From: Candidatus Latescibacterota bacterium
Lineage (GTDB): Bacteria; Latescibacterota; UBA2968; GCA-2709665
NCBI GenBank assembly: GCA_965219455.1
Contig: OZ244744.1
Location: 5,568,001-5,632,000 of the forward strand
DNA: 64,000 nucleotides
Direction: 5' to 3'
The notes beneath the pieces are model-generated. The model was not told the DNA's origin, did no database searches, and worked only from the letters and a program-made list of their open reading frames with translations. This document shows, in pieces, positions 41,984 to 52,067 of this stretch (position 1 is its first letter; each line of letters opens with the position of its first letter). A program made the position numbers and the translations under genes.

Positions 41984-43081
41984 TCAATCCAACGCCACGC
42001 CGTGCGCTTCCAGCATTTCCGGGTTCAATTCCACGCCGAGGCCAGGACGTCGGCCAGGGCGGATGCGGCCATTGACGATTTCTTCCGAAGGGACGGTCAA
42101 TTCGCTTCGCCACGGTATCTCGCCCCAACCATATTCCAGAATCAAAAAACCGGGGTGCGTGGCCATTACCTGCATCCCGGCGCTTATGGCGACCGGTCCG
42201 AACGGACCGTGCGGCGCCGTGGGTACGCCAAACGCCTCCGCCATCTCCGCGATCGCTCTCAGTTCCGCGATACCCCCCACAACGGTCACGTCGGGCATGA
42301 CCACATCCATCGCTGCGTTTTCCAGAACCTCCCGGAATCCGCCGCGCAACATTCGCTGTTCGCCGCCGGCGGTCCGTAATCCACAACGCCTGTTCACCTC
42401 GACGACGGCATCCATTTTATCTTCTGACACGGACTGCTCAAACCAATAGATATCCAGATCACGCAGCGCGTCGGCGGTCTCCAGGGCACCCCTGACCGTA
42501 AAATGGCTATGGCAGTCAACCAGCAGATCCACGTCCGGTCCGACCGCCTGGCGTACAGCTTGTACGCGAGCGATGCCCAGCCCTGCTTCGGCGGCAGAGT
42601 CTATATTGTGCGACATCTCGTCAAACGGCGCCAACTTGACGGCATCGAAACCCTCGGCGGCTGCCCCGGCCGCGAGCGCCGCGAATTTCTCCGGGCTACG
42701 ATCCGGCGACGCCCTGTTGATGTTGGCGTAGAGACGGATTTCCTCTCGTACCGCGCCTCCCAGCAATGTGTAAACCGGTGCGTCGAGCACCTTGCCCAGA
42801 AGATCCCACAGCGCCTGCTCCAGTGCGCTAACCGCGCTGATCATATCTCTGTCAGACCCAATCCTCGCAAATCTGTGTGAAAAATCCCGAATCTGCCGGG
42901 GATCCCGGCCAAGCAGCCATTCGGCCAGATCCTTTGTGGCCCGTATGCGCCCGGCGTAGTTCCGGCCCGCGCGCAACTCTCCGAGGCCGCGAAGTCCCTC
43001 GTCGGTATTGATGTATACAAAGACCCAGTCCCCCAGGTGGTTCACTCTCACGGCTACAAGATCGACACCTGTAATCTTCAT
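41984..43081 (-). CDS. mandelate racemase/galactonate dehydratase family enolase
   Basis: ALWDLLGK, LLVDCH, APHGP. Confidence 0.88.
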   Translation of the reverse strand: MKITGVDLVAVRVNHLGDWVFVYINTDEGLRGLGELRAGRNYAGRIRATKDLAEWLLGRDPRQIRDFSHRFARIGSDRDMISAVSALEQALWDLLGKVLDAPVYTLLGGAVREEIRLYANINRASPDRSPEKFAALAAGAAAEGFDAVKLAPFDEMSHNIDSAAEAGLGIARVQAVRQAVGPDVDLLVDCHSHFTVRGALETADALRDLDIYWFEQSVSEDKMDAVVEVNRRCGLRTAGGEQRMLRGGFREVLENAAMDVVMPDVTVVGGIAELRAIAEMAEAFGVPTAPHGPFGPVAISAGMQVMATHPGFLILEYGWGEIPWRSELTVPSEEIVNGRIRPGRRPGLGVELNPEMLEAHGVALD

Positions 43082-43094
43082 TCGACCGACCCTA

Positions 43095-43214
43095 TCAGCC
43101 CGTTGGAAAAGTCCATCCGGGCTGCCTGCCTGTGCGTACGCACGCAGACAGGCGCCTTGTCTTCGGCCACAATGACTCGGCCTCGCAGGCAGAGCGACTT
43201 TTTCAACGGACTGC
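43095..43214. mobile_element. MITE with CAGCCCGTTG.AAAA / TTTTTCAACGGACTG ends, copy 1
   Basis: Terminal inverted repeats, TA on both sides, shared interior with copies 2 and 3. Confidence 0.78.
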
Positions 43215-44281
43215 TATGCCCGATAGACTTCGGCGACGCGCGATGCGATCCGTTGCCAGTCCAGTGATTTTGCGCGCGCAAACGCCGCGCAGCCCGCCCT
43301 ATCGAGGTCACATCGTCTGATGTCGAGTAGCGCCTTCGACAGTGCCCCGGTATCTTTAGGGTCGTATAATATGCCCATCGAGTCATCGACCAGCTCCGGC
43401 AGGCATCCCAGCGCCGGCACAATTACCGGTTTGCCGAAAGAAAGTGCAGCGATTACAGATCCGGACGTCAGCACCTGTGAAAACGGCAGCACGACAACGT
43501 CCGCGGCATTCAAGTAAATCTGAAAATCCTCATTTGGAAAAAAAGTGTGCGTAAAAACGTGAATGCGTTCATCCTCTTCCGCCCGGGTGATTACCCGATC
43601 GGCGTGACTTCCGTCGAAGGCCCTTCGGGTCATGATGGCAAGCCGTGTGTCGGCGGCCGCACATTCAAGATAGGCGTCGATCAGCTTTTCGATCCCCTTA
43701 TAGACCCTGGCATTTCCGAAAAACAGATATACAAAAGCGTCCCCCGGCAGCCGCAGGTGGCGCCGGGCCGCCTCCCGCGAGATCTTGTTGGGAAAAATGT
43801 CGATATAGTGGCCATGTGGAATGACGTGCAGGTGATCGGTACGATAAAACAGCTTGCGTGCAAGACGGGCGCCGTAGTGGCAATGCGCAATCATTCCGTC
43901 CGCCAACCGCCCTACGATCAGCCGTGCCAGATGATCCAGATCCGGAAACGGCCGCTCGTGCGGATACCGGTTGTGCAATGTCCAAACGACCCGGTACCCC
44001 AGATCCTTGGCGAAAGCTAAATTGTCTGTAAAACGGTTGAGCCGGGAAACCGATTGCTCCAGGGTGTCATCCCGGTAGAACCAGTGAAGCCAATTCAGAT
44101 GCAATACGGAGTAGTCGTTTCGCGCGTCTTTCAGCCAATCCCGGCCGAAAGCGTAATCGCCCAGTTCGAGGTGGATGTCCAGCTTTGCCAAATCGCGAGC
44201 AAGCAGCGGCCCATAGGGATTGCATTTGTCATGAAGTGCCAGACCGCCAGCCCTGGCTTCCCAGAAAAAGAAAGCCCGCAT
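43214..44281 (-). CDS. glycosyltransferase family 4
   Basis: NPY, VWTLHN, FFG...YKG, TSGSVIAALSFGKPV. Confidence 0.9.
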   Translation of the reverse strand: MRAFFFWEARAGGLALHDKCNPYGPLLARDLAKLDIHLELGDYAFGRDWLKDARNDYSVLHLNWLHWFYRDDTLEQSVSRLNRFTDNLAFAKDLGYRVVWTLHNRYPHERPFPDLDHLARLIVGRLADGMIAHCHYGARLARKLFYRTDHLHVIPHGHYIDIFPNKISREAARRHLRLPGDAFVYLFFGNARVYKGIEKLIDAYLECAAADTRLAIMTRRAFDGSHADRVITRAEEDERIHVFTHTFFPNEDFQIYLNAADVVVLPFSQVLTSGSVIAALSFGKPVIVPALGCLPELVDDSMGILYDPKDTGALSKALLDIRRCDLDRAGCAAFARAKSLDWQRIASRVAEVYRA

Positions 44282-44284
44282 CGT

Positions 44285-45229
44285 TCAATATCCCTTTTTT
44301 TTGTCTATAACGCTCAACAATGGCTGTCCGGCGTCCAAACGTTTCAGATTTTCACAAAACAGGTTCACAATGCGATCCTGTCTGTTGGGCGACCCGCCGG
44401 CGGTATGCGGGGTAATCAGCACGTTATCCAGTTTCCACAGCGGATGGTCCGGGGGGAGTGGTTCAACGGGCGCGACATCCAGTCCCGCCCCTGCGATCAA
44501 CCCTTGTGCCAGCGCACCGACCAGTGCACTTTCATCCATTATTCCCCCTCGCGTCACATTGATCAACAGCGCACTGGATTTCATGGAACGAAACGCGTCT
44601 TCGTCGAACATACCCCGGGTATCCGGCGTCAGGGGCGCGCAAACGGCCACGACGTCGGACAATGTCAGAAGGTGGTGGAACCGGTCCATTTTCCAGCAGG
44701 ACGCAACGCATTCGGGTACATCCACGTCTTCGGGGTCCACCGCCGCCACCCGCATTCCGAACGCGCTCGCTCTGATGGCAAGTTCACGCCCGGTTCCGCC
44801 CAGACCCACGATTCCCATCGTCCGGTCGACCAGTTCCCAACTCGCGTTCCGGATCGCCATGCGCTGGTCCCACCCGGGCCTCTGTACGGCCCAGGCGATA
44901 CCCCGCGTAAGCCCCAACAACAACGCCATGGCGTGTTCGGCCAGATGCACGCCAACCGTTCCTCGACCACTTGTCAATACAACATTGCTGTCCACAAACG
45001 CCTTGAATAACTGCCCGTCGACACCGGCGCCCCAGGTCTGCACCCACCGAAGTCGTTCCCCCCGCCGGAACATATCCGGACTCAGACTGCCAAAGACCAC
45101 CTCCGCCTGTGGCATGACCTTCAGCAGGTCGGCTTCGGATTCCGGCGTCACCAATTCCACACCTTCAACCGCCGACCGAATCTGTCCCCGGTGATGATCC
45201 GTCAACTCCACGCGCAACAGTATTTTCAT
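44285..45229 (-). CDS. D-2-hydroxyacid dehydrogenase
   Basis: GIVGLGGTG, INVTRG, LDV..EP, TPHTAG. Confidence 0.93.
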   Translation of the reverse strand: MKILLRVELTDHHRGQIRSAVEGVELVTPESEADLLKVMPQAEVVFGSLSPDMFRRGERLRWVQTWGAGVDGQLFKAFVDSNVVLTSGRGTVGVHLAEHAMALLLGLTRGIAWAVQRPGWDQRMAIRNASWELVDRTMGIVGLGGTGRELAIRASAFGMRVAAVDPEDVDVPECVASCWKMDRFHHLLTLSDVVAVCAPLTPDTRGMFDEDAFRSMKSSALLINVTRGGIMDESALVGALAQGLIAGAGLDVAPVEPLPPDHPLWKLDNVLITPHTAGGSPNRQDRIVNLFCENLKRLDAGQPLLSVIDKKKGY

Positions 45230-45274
45230 ATCGATGTCTCGGATCCGAAATGTGAGATTGCCCGTCGGTCTTGG

Positions 45275-46522
45275 TTAGAATACCTCTTCCGCGGAGGCGC
45301 GAACGGCGGCTGCCAGAGCATCGATTTTCTCTTCCGGAAACCAGGGATTGACGCTGGTCAGAAGGAGAACTCGCTGGAGCAGATCTTCCGTTCGGGGGCA
45401 CAGACCGGGGCCGTACGTAACCTCGCCGTCGTACACCGGCGACTTCCAGGGATTCGCGTGGGGTGACGCCGTGGCCTGGTTCCGGATGGGCGGCCCCATG
45501 TAGACCGGCTTCCCGCCGTAGCCCAAACCGGCTGAAAACCCCCGGGCACGCATCGCCTTCGCAAACCGCGCGCAGGTGTGTCGATCTTCAAAGACGAGAT
45601 CCCAGTGCACCCCGAGATGGCCGTCTTCGTCGTTTGTCGGCCTGATATTCACCCCGGGCACGCCGGCAACACCCTCCTGGAATCGCCGGAATTTACTACG
45701 CAGGGTCTCTACAACGTCTTCCATCTTCTTAAGCTGCGTAAGCGCAACCGCCCCGGACATCTCGGGCATTCTGAAATTCTCGCCCACGAACGGCTCCAGG
45801 GTTGGCTCGAATCCTGGAAATCGTGTCTTTTCTCGAAACAGCCCCTGGTCGTGGTAGCGCACGGCGCGTTCGTAGAGTTCCGCGCTGTCGGACAACACCA
45901 CACCACCCTCTCCCGAAGTGATAATCTTGCCAAATTGCAGGCTGAACGCGCCCAGATCGCCCCAGGTCCCTATGGCCTTACCTTTGTACGTCGCGCCCGC
46001 ACTCTGAGAGCAATCTTCGATCACCTTCAGGCCGTACCTTTCCGCAATGTCCACTATGCCATCCATCCTGCACGGTGTCCCCCACAGATGAACGGGCAGA
46101 ATCGCCTTCGTCCGGGGCGTGATTCTGGCTTCGATGGCGTCCGGATCGAGCGTCATTGACCGGTCAACTTCGGCAAAGATCGGCACACCCCCGAGGAGGA
46201 CAACTGCCCCCGGTGTGGCCACGAATGTGACCGCGGGCATAATCACCTCGTCACCCGGGCCGACGCCCGCGGCAACCAGGGCCACTTTGATCGCAGCGGT
46301 TCCGGATGTGACCCCCAGGGCGTATGCGGAATCCATTTTTCGGGCAAAGCCCTGTTCAAAACGCGCCACCATGTCGAGACGGTCGGGACCGTAGTCCCTT
46401 GAAAGTGATCGACTCTTTATGACTGCCAGAACTTCCTGCACCTCCTCGTCGTCGAGCACGGAAGCCCCTGCGTGGAGACTCCGTACCGGACTCTCCGGAG
46501 GTAACGACCGCTGTTTTGCCAT
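45275..46522 (-). CDS. DegT/DnrJ/EryC1/StrS aminotransferase
   Basis: VTSGTAA, IEDCSQS, SLQFGKIITSGEGG. Confidence 0.93.
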   Translation of the reverse strand: MAKQRSLPPESPVRSLHAGASVLDDEEVQEVLAVIKSRSLSRDYGPDRLDMVARFEQGFARKMDSAYALGVTSGTAAIKVALVAAGVGPGDEVIMPAVTFVATPGAVVLLGGVPIFAEVDRSMTLDPDAIEARITPRTKAILPVHLWGTPCRMDGIVDIAERYGLKVIEDCSQSAGATYKGKAIGTWGDLGAFSLQFGKIITSGEGGVVLSDSAELYERAVRYHDQGLFREKTRFPGFEPTLEPFVGENFRMPEMSGAVALTQLKKMEDVVETLRSKFRRFQEGVAGVPGVNIRPTNDEDGHLGVHWDLVFEDRHTCARFAKAMRARGFSAGLGYGGKPVYMGPPIRNQATASPHANPWKSPVYDGEVTYGPGLCPRTEDLLQRVLLLTSVNPWFPEEKIDALAAAVRASAEEVF

Positions 46523-46540
46523 CCCGATTTCTCCCTTGCG

Positions 46541-47953
46541 TCATGCCGGCCAGACAGGACTCAGAAAATCGCCGGTTTCATGCATCCAACCGGCGAGTTG
46601 CGTTCTCAGGTCGTCTCGCGCCGCCCTGTAATTCGGGTCTTGAGCGAGATTTCGCATCTCGTGCGAATCCGCTTTACGATCGAAGAGCTGATCCACGTCG
46701 CGATGGTGATAGATGTATTTATATGCGCCCGTCACCACGCCCCGGGTGTGGACCCCGCCGCGAACGTAACCGTTGAACTCTACAAACGCAGCGTTACCGG
46801 AATGCACACGGGCATCCGTCAGATCCGGCATCAGGCTCCTGCCTTGCACCCGGCACATCGGCGGCAGGTCCAGCAGATCCAGAATGGTCGGCGGCAGGTC
46901 CACGTGGGAACCGAAACCCCCTCGATTGCCGGGATCGATGCCGGGCGCGGATACCATAAATGGCAACTGGATGGATTCCGCGTAAAGCACACCCTTCTGA
47001 TAGAGGTTGTGCGCGCCGAGCATTTCGCCGTGGTCGCAGGTAAAGATCACAACTGTATTTTCCGCCCGCCCGGAAGCCTCCAGACCGTCCAGCACAGTGG
47101 CCACGCAGACGTCCAGGAATGCCACAAACCCCCAGTACGTCGCCGTTGCCAACGCCCAGCGTTCCCAGGGCCAGTCGCGCACGCACTGCGCCCCGGCTGC
47201 GTTCCGAACCGGACCCGGCAGGGCATCCATGTTCTCGCCGAAGCTTGTTGGAGGCACCATCTCTTCCGGCGAAAACATACTGTAATACGGTTCCGGAACC
47301 AGAATGGGGGGATGGGGACCACCCAGCGAACACCAGGCGGCAAACGGGCGGTCGGCCGGCGCCGAACGGATGAACTCGCTCACATTTCGCGCGATAGCCA
47401 TATCCGGGTGTGCGTCAGCCGGTTCCATCCAGCGTGCCGGCACCGGCGTACTGATGCCCCAATCGTGCATCGCCCCACTGTCCGTAGGCGTGGAGACAGG
47501 CGCCCTTTGATCACCGTCTTTCCCCCCTTGCGCAATCAGCATTCGCAAGTGGTCCTGGTAGGGGAAGCCGCGCGGCGCAAAGCGGGCGTATTCCCCGCAC
47601 CGGTCGTCCTCCGGCCGCCGGTTGACATGCCAGATTCCTTCGTATCCGACGTGATAGCCATAATCCATCAGGACGTCAGTCAGCAATTGCTCCCCGGCGT
47701 TGATTGTTTCGTATCCCGGTCCGAATGTCGTCGCGCCGTGCGCGTGCGGCCAGCGGCCGGTCATCATGGACGGGCGTGTAGGCACACACAGCGGGGTTGC
47801 GCAGTAAAACTCCTGAAATACTGCGCTTCGCTCGGCCAGCCGGTCGAGACGAGGCGTCGGAAGCCGACCACCGTAGGTACCCAACGTTTGACGTTGGAGT
47901 TGATCGCACAGAATCACGACCAGATTTTTGGATCCGCTCCCGGACATGTCCAA
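46541..47953 (-). CDS. sulfatase
   Basis: DQ, CVPTR (CxPxR), DHGEMLG. Confidence 0.92.
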   Translation of the reverse strand: MDMSGSGSKNLVVILCDQLQRQTLGTYGGRLPTPRLDRLAERSAVFQEFYCATPLCVPTRPSMMTGRWPHAHGATTFGPGYETINAGEQLLTDVLMDYGYHVGYEGIWHVNRRPEDDRCGEYARFAPRGFPYQDHLRMLIAQGGKDGDQRAPVSTPTDSGAMHDWGISTPVPARWMEPADAHPDMAIARNVSEFIRSAPADRPFAAWCSLGGPHPPILVPEPYYSMFSPEEMVPPTSFGENMDALPGPVRNAAGAQCVRDWPWERWALATATYWGFVAFLDVCVATVLDGLEASGRAENTVVIFTCDHGEMLGAHNLYQKGVLYAESIQLPFMVSAPGIDPGNRGGFGSHVDLPPTILDLLDLPPMCRVQGRSLMPDLTDARVHSGNAAFVEFNGYVRGGVHTRGVVTGAYKYIYHHRDVDQLFDRKADSHEMRNLAQDPNYRAARDDLRTQLAGWMHETGDFLSPVWPA

Positions 47954-48079
47954 CCTGCCACCGCTGCGTTTCTGAATCCGGATTGACGGGTTTCCCGTTC
48001 AGAATTCCCGGACTTTATTTCGTACGTTCACTTATTTGATTAATTTCGAATCCGATCCGATGATTCAGGTACAACGCGA

Positions 48080-48772
48080 CTACGTGTCGTCGGCGTTAGC
48101 CAGCACCAGAGAAACCGCAAGCCAACCCCCTACCGGAATGATATTCGAAACCAGGCGCGGATGTTCCGCCACACGTCTGTTGTATTCCTGGATCCCGCGC
48201 CTGCCGTCTCCAGCGTCCAGCGCTTCGTGCACATGGCCGTGGCCGTTGGCGTTGTCGGCCACGATCAGGCCCCCGACCCTTGTATTCTCCAATGCAAAGT
48301 CCAGATACACCGGATAGTTTTCTTTGTCCGCATCGATAAATACGAGATCGAACGGCCCGTCACACACCATGTTTCCCATCGATACGGCCCCTTTTCCGAC
48401 GCGTACTTCCGTCCGATCCGCCAGCCCTGCCGCGGCAAAATTCGCCCGGGATACGTCGGCGTGTTTCGGATCCACCTCGAGCGAAACAAAACGCCCATCG
48501 TCCGGCAGCGCCCGCGCCAGCCAGATCCCCGAGTAGCCGGCGAGAGAACCGAATTCCAGGATTTTTTTCGCACCGATTGCTTTCGCCAGCAGAAAAAGGG
48601 TTTTACCCGATTCCGGACTGATGGATATTCGCGGGAGCCCCTGCGTTACAGCATGGGGCATTACATCCTTCAACACCTCGTCTTCCCGCGCGAACATCTC
48701 TCGCCGATAGGTGTCAGGATCGGGATATGTCGATTCAGCCACGTCGACTACCTCAATTGAATACGCCCGCAA
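48080..48772 (-). CDS. O-methyltransferase
   Basis: LEFGSLAGYS, DLVFIDADK, VADN. Confidence 0.92.
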   Translation of the reverse strand: MRAYSIEVVDVAESTYPDPDTYRREMFAREDEVLKDVMPHAVTQGLPRISISPESGKTLFLLAKAIGAKKILEFGSLAGYSGIWLARALPDDGRFVSLEVDPKHADVSRANFAAAGLADRTEVRVGKGAVSMGNMVCDGPFDLVFIDADKENYPVYLDFALENTRVGGLIVADNANGHGHVHEALDAGDGRRGIQEYNRRVAEHPRLVSNIIPVGGWLAVSLVLANADDT

Positions 48773-49058
48773 TCACGGCATGCGATTTTCAGAAACTGTC
48801 TTAAGACCCCCGGCGGTCTTCTCGCGGCTACAAAAGCGTCGGTCGGCGTTGGTCAAACCCACCCAAGAGAGGCGAGGGGCGCGCAGCCTCGACACATTAG
48901 ATAGGGGCGGGTTCTCCCGCCTGGACCGACACCTTTTCGCTCGCGCTTGGGAACTCACCAGGAATTTTAAAACAACTTCTCAAATCGACCGCCCTGCGTG
49001 GTCGCAGGCGCCTGTGAGTGGTGTTGTTTTGCGCCAAACCTGCACTGGCATGGCGCCC

Positions 49059-50066
49059 TTACCGGGAATCGGCTCTTGCCTTCATCATATACGCGTGGAA
49101 ATCGATGACGCACCCATCGTTCGAAGCCACCCCGATTCCCTCCACCATTCCCACGGTCGCCAGATTTCGGTGTCCACTGAATTCCGGCTCCGAGCCTTCG
49201 GTGACATACCGGCGGAACCCGTCCAGCAGAACCTCTTCCGGCGGCCGGGCCAGATCCGGAGGAATGACTTCATCTTCGTCCGTACCCGGGGCACGCAGGA
49301 GCAATCCGTTGTCGGCTAACTCGAGGGCGCCGCCATCCAGTTCCACCCTCAAGGCCGACCCGCCCTTGTGGGCCGCGAACGTACAGAGATAACCGCAGGT
49401 CGCCCCACCCTCGAACTCGATCCACGCATGGACGCCGGCGCCACCTTTATATGGACTCCACGGCGGATTGAAACTGTGCCCCCACAAGCGGACGGGATCG
49501 GCGTTGAACAGGTAACGAAGGGTGTCGAGATCGTGTATACCTCGCTCCCAGAGGTAGGCGTGTTCGTCTTCCCCCGAATGGTGAACGCGGGGTCTCCACC
49601 CGAACTTGGTCATCAGCCCGAATACAGGCCGTCCGTATGTGCCCTCCCGCACGAGACGGTTGAGGGTGACATGCGCAGCGGCGTATCTGGCATTCTGGCA
49701 GACGGCCACTCTGACGCCCATGTCATCGGCCTCCCGGACCACCCGGCACGCGTCCGCCAGGCTTTTGGTGAACGGCTTTTCCACCAGAACGTGTTTGCCC
49801 GCCCTAACCGCCTGCAGACACTGTTCGGCGTGTAGCTGCGGGGGGGTAACGACAACAACGGCGTCCGCCTCGACGCTAGTGACAGCATCGATCAGAGACC
49901 GGTAACAAGCGGCTTCAGGCAACCCCGATTCGTCCCGGGCCCACCTCAGATTATCTTCGTTCACATCGACGAGCGCCACGCTCTCGAAGTCCGTCCGTTC
50001 CAGCACGCGGCGAACCGGCCACCTCCCCCTGCCTCCAACACCCAGGTGAATAAGACGAATTGCCAT
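49059..50066 (-). CDS. Gfo/Idh/MocA oxidoreductase
   Basis: GVGGRG, GKHVLVEKP, IHDLD. Confidence 0.92.
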   Translation of the reverse strand: MAIRLIHLGVGGRGRWPVRRVLERTDFESVALVDVNEDNLRWARDESGLPEAACYRSLIDAVTSVEADAVVVVTPPQLHAEQCLQAVRAGKHVLVEKPFTKSLADACRVVREADDMGVRVAVCQNARYAAAHVTLNRLVREGTYGRPVFGLMTKFGWRPRVHHSGEDEHAYLWERGIHDLDTLRYLFNADPVRLWGHSFNPPWSPYKGGAGVHAWIEFEGGATCGYLCTFAAHKGGSALRVELDGGALELADNGLLLRAPGTDEDEVIPPDLARPPEEVLLDGFRRYVTEGSEPEFSGHRNLATVGMVEGIGVASNDGCVIDFHAYMMKARADSR

Positions 50067-50187
50067 ACCGCCTCCTCGGAAATTTGATTCGGGGGCTAAT
50101 GCCAATGAATATCCGGGCCACGCACAATATAAGGAACTCGTCCGGATGCCGCACAATTTTCCTTTGCCCCGTCGTCACTCAGACATA

Positions 50188-50349
50188 ACAGCCCGTTGAA
50201 AAACTCCATCCGGGTTGCGTCCGGCCCTTGTGGCCGAATTACTGCGTTGCACTCCCTCCCCGAATCCCCCGATTCGACGCGGTCGCGCGCCTTGTCTTCG
50301 GCCACAATGACTCGGCCTCGCCTGCAGAGCGACTTTTTCAACGGACTGA
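50188..50349. mobile_element. MITE copy 2
   Basis: Same terminal inverted repeats, TA flanks. Confidence 0.78.
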
Positions 50350-50453
50350 TAACCGTTCTTTATCCGGTTGACATCGATGTCCGAATGCGCTAATAATGTT
50401 CCTGCATCGCGGACGTATCACATATTCTGACTCAGGCCGAGGAAGGAATCCGA

Positions 50454-51944
50454 ATGCTGGACACCGTCGATCTTGCACGAAAATTGACAAAATCCAAATA
50501 TAAAGAACTCATACCGGGTCTCGAACTGAAACTTGGAGATCTTCAGCGAAACGCCAGAAAGTGGAAGATCCCGATCGTCGTCGTTTTTGAGGGCCTGGAG
50601 GCTTCCGGTAAAGGAACCCACACCAACAAGCTGCTGCTGGCGCTGGACCCCAGGGGCTTCAGCGTACACCCAACCCATCCGGCCAATGAGGAAGAGCGCA
50701 GAATGCCCTTCCTGTGGCGTTTCTGGACCAAGATACCCGAAGCAGGGAGAATAGCGATCTTCGACCGATCCTGGTACGGACGCTTTATGGTCGAACGAAT
50801 GGACAAAACGATCGCCGAAGGGGAGTGGGTCCGGGCGTACGAGGAAATCAGATCTTTTGAGAAACAGCTTGTCGATGCAGGCACGGTTATTGTCAAGTTC
50901 TTCCTGCACATTTCCCGGGGGAAACAAAGGAAACGGTTCATGAAGCTTCAGAGCAGCCCGTCAACAGCCTGGCGCATAACCGATTACGACTGGCAGAACC
51001 ACGAGAAATACCACGAATGCCTGGCGGTGGCCACGGAGATGCTGAAAAAAACCCATTCGGAGTTTGCGCCATGGACGCCGGTCGGAGCTGAAGACTGGCG
51101 TTCTGCGAACATCGAGATTTTCGAAACCGTGATTGAAGCCGTTGAAGGAAGAATTCGTCAGCTGGAGAACCCCGACGCCTCCGCCCGACCAAATCCGCCG
51201 AAACTCGGAAAAGCCACCCCGGGCCTGCTGAAGAAAGTCGATCTTTCACGATCTATGAAGAAATCCGACTACCGCAAAGCCCTGAAAAAGTACCAGGCAC
51301 GCATCCAGAACCTGGAACACGAGGTTCACCGCCGCCGCATCCCGGTGGTGCTGGTCTACGAAGGCTGGGATGCCGCGGGCAAGGGCGGCAATATCAAACG
51401 CCTTGTGCAGAATATGGACCCGAGAGGATATGAAGTCATTCCTGTTGCGGCGCCCAACGACTTTGAGATGGACCACCACTATCTCTGGCGATTCTGGAAC
51501 CGAATGCCCAAGACAGGGCACGTGGCTATTTTTGACCGTTCCTGGTACGGAAGGGTCCTGGTTGAACGAATTGAGGGATTTTGTACGGAATCAGAGTGGA
51601 AACGCGCCTACAGGGAAATCAACGAAATGGAAGCACACCTGACCAACTTCGGCGCCGTTCTTCTCAAGTTCTGGATGCACGTGGACAAAAACGAACAGCT
51701 CAACCGGTTCAAGGATCGAAAAAAGAACCCCCACAAGCTGTGGAAGCTCGGTGACGAGGATTGGAGAAACCGTGAGAAGTGGGACGAGTACGAGGAAGCG
51801 GTGGAAGAGATGATCCACCGGACCGGCACACCCAACGCACCGTGGGTGGTTGTCGAATCGAATTCGAAATACTATGCCAGAATCAAGGTGTTGAAAACCG
51901 TTACTCGAAAACTGGAGGCGCGTCTCGGCATAACAGCCCGTTGA
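50454..51944 (+). CDS. pap: polyphosphate:AMP phosphotransferase (two-domain PPK2)
   Basis: Two PPK2 domains: EGLEASGKG/EGWDAAGKG and FDRSWYGR twice. Confidence 0.92.
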   Translation: MLDTVDLARKLTKSKYKELIPGLELKLGDLQRNARKWKIPIVVVFEGLEASGKGTHTNKLLLALDPRGFSVHPTHPANEEERRMPFLWRFWTKIPEAGRIAIFDRSWYGRFMVERMDKTIAEGEWVRAYEEIRSFEKQLVDAGTVIVKFFLHISRGKQRKRFMKLQSSPSTAWRITDYDWQNHEKYHECLAVATEMLKKTHSEFAPWTPVGAEDWRSANIEIFETVIEAVEGRIRQLENPDASARPNPPKLGKATPGLLKKVDLSRSMKKSDYRKALKKYQARIQNLEHEVHRRRIPVVLVYEGWDAAGKGGNIKRLVQNMDPRGYEVIPVAAPNDFEMDHHYLWRFWNRMPKTGHVAIFDRSWYGRVLVERIEGFCTESEWKRAYREINEMEAHLTNFGAVLLKFWMHVDKNEQLNRFKDRKKNPHKLWKLGDEDWRNREKWDEYEEAVEEMIHRTGTPNAPWVVVESNSKYYARIKVLKTVTRKLEARLGITAR

Positions 51945-52033
51945 AAAAGTCCATCCGGTCTTCGGCCGGCTCTTGTGACCGAATTACTGCGTTGCTCGGC
52001 CTCGCCTGCAGAGCAACTTTTTTAACGGACTGA
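51933..52033. mobile_element. MITE copy 3, supplies the stop codon of the PPK2 gene
   Basis: Same ends; the TGA at 51942-51944 lies inside the left inverted repeat. Confidence 0.75.
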
Positions 52034-52067
52034 TAAGGCACTGAACCTGTATCCGAGGAGAGTTTCG

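Noticed and set aside
46580-47986. Long + strand ORFs opposite real genes (also 20439-21794, 18706-19830, 37635-38627)
   Set aside because: Shadow frames typical of high-GC coding DNA, with no recognisable motifs.
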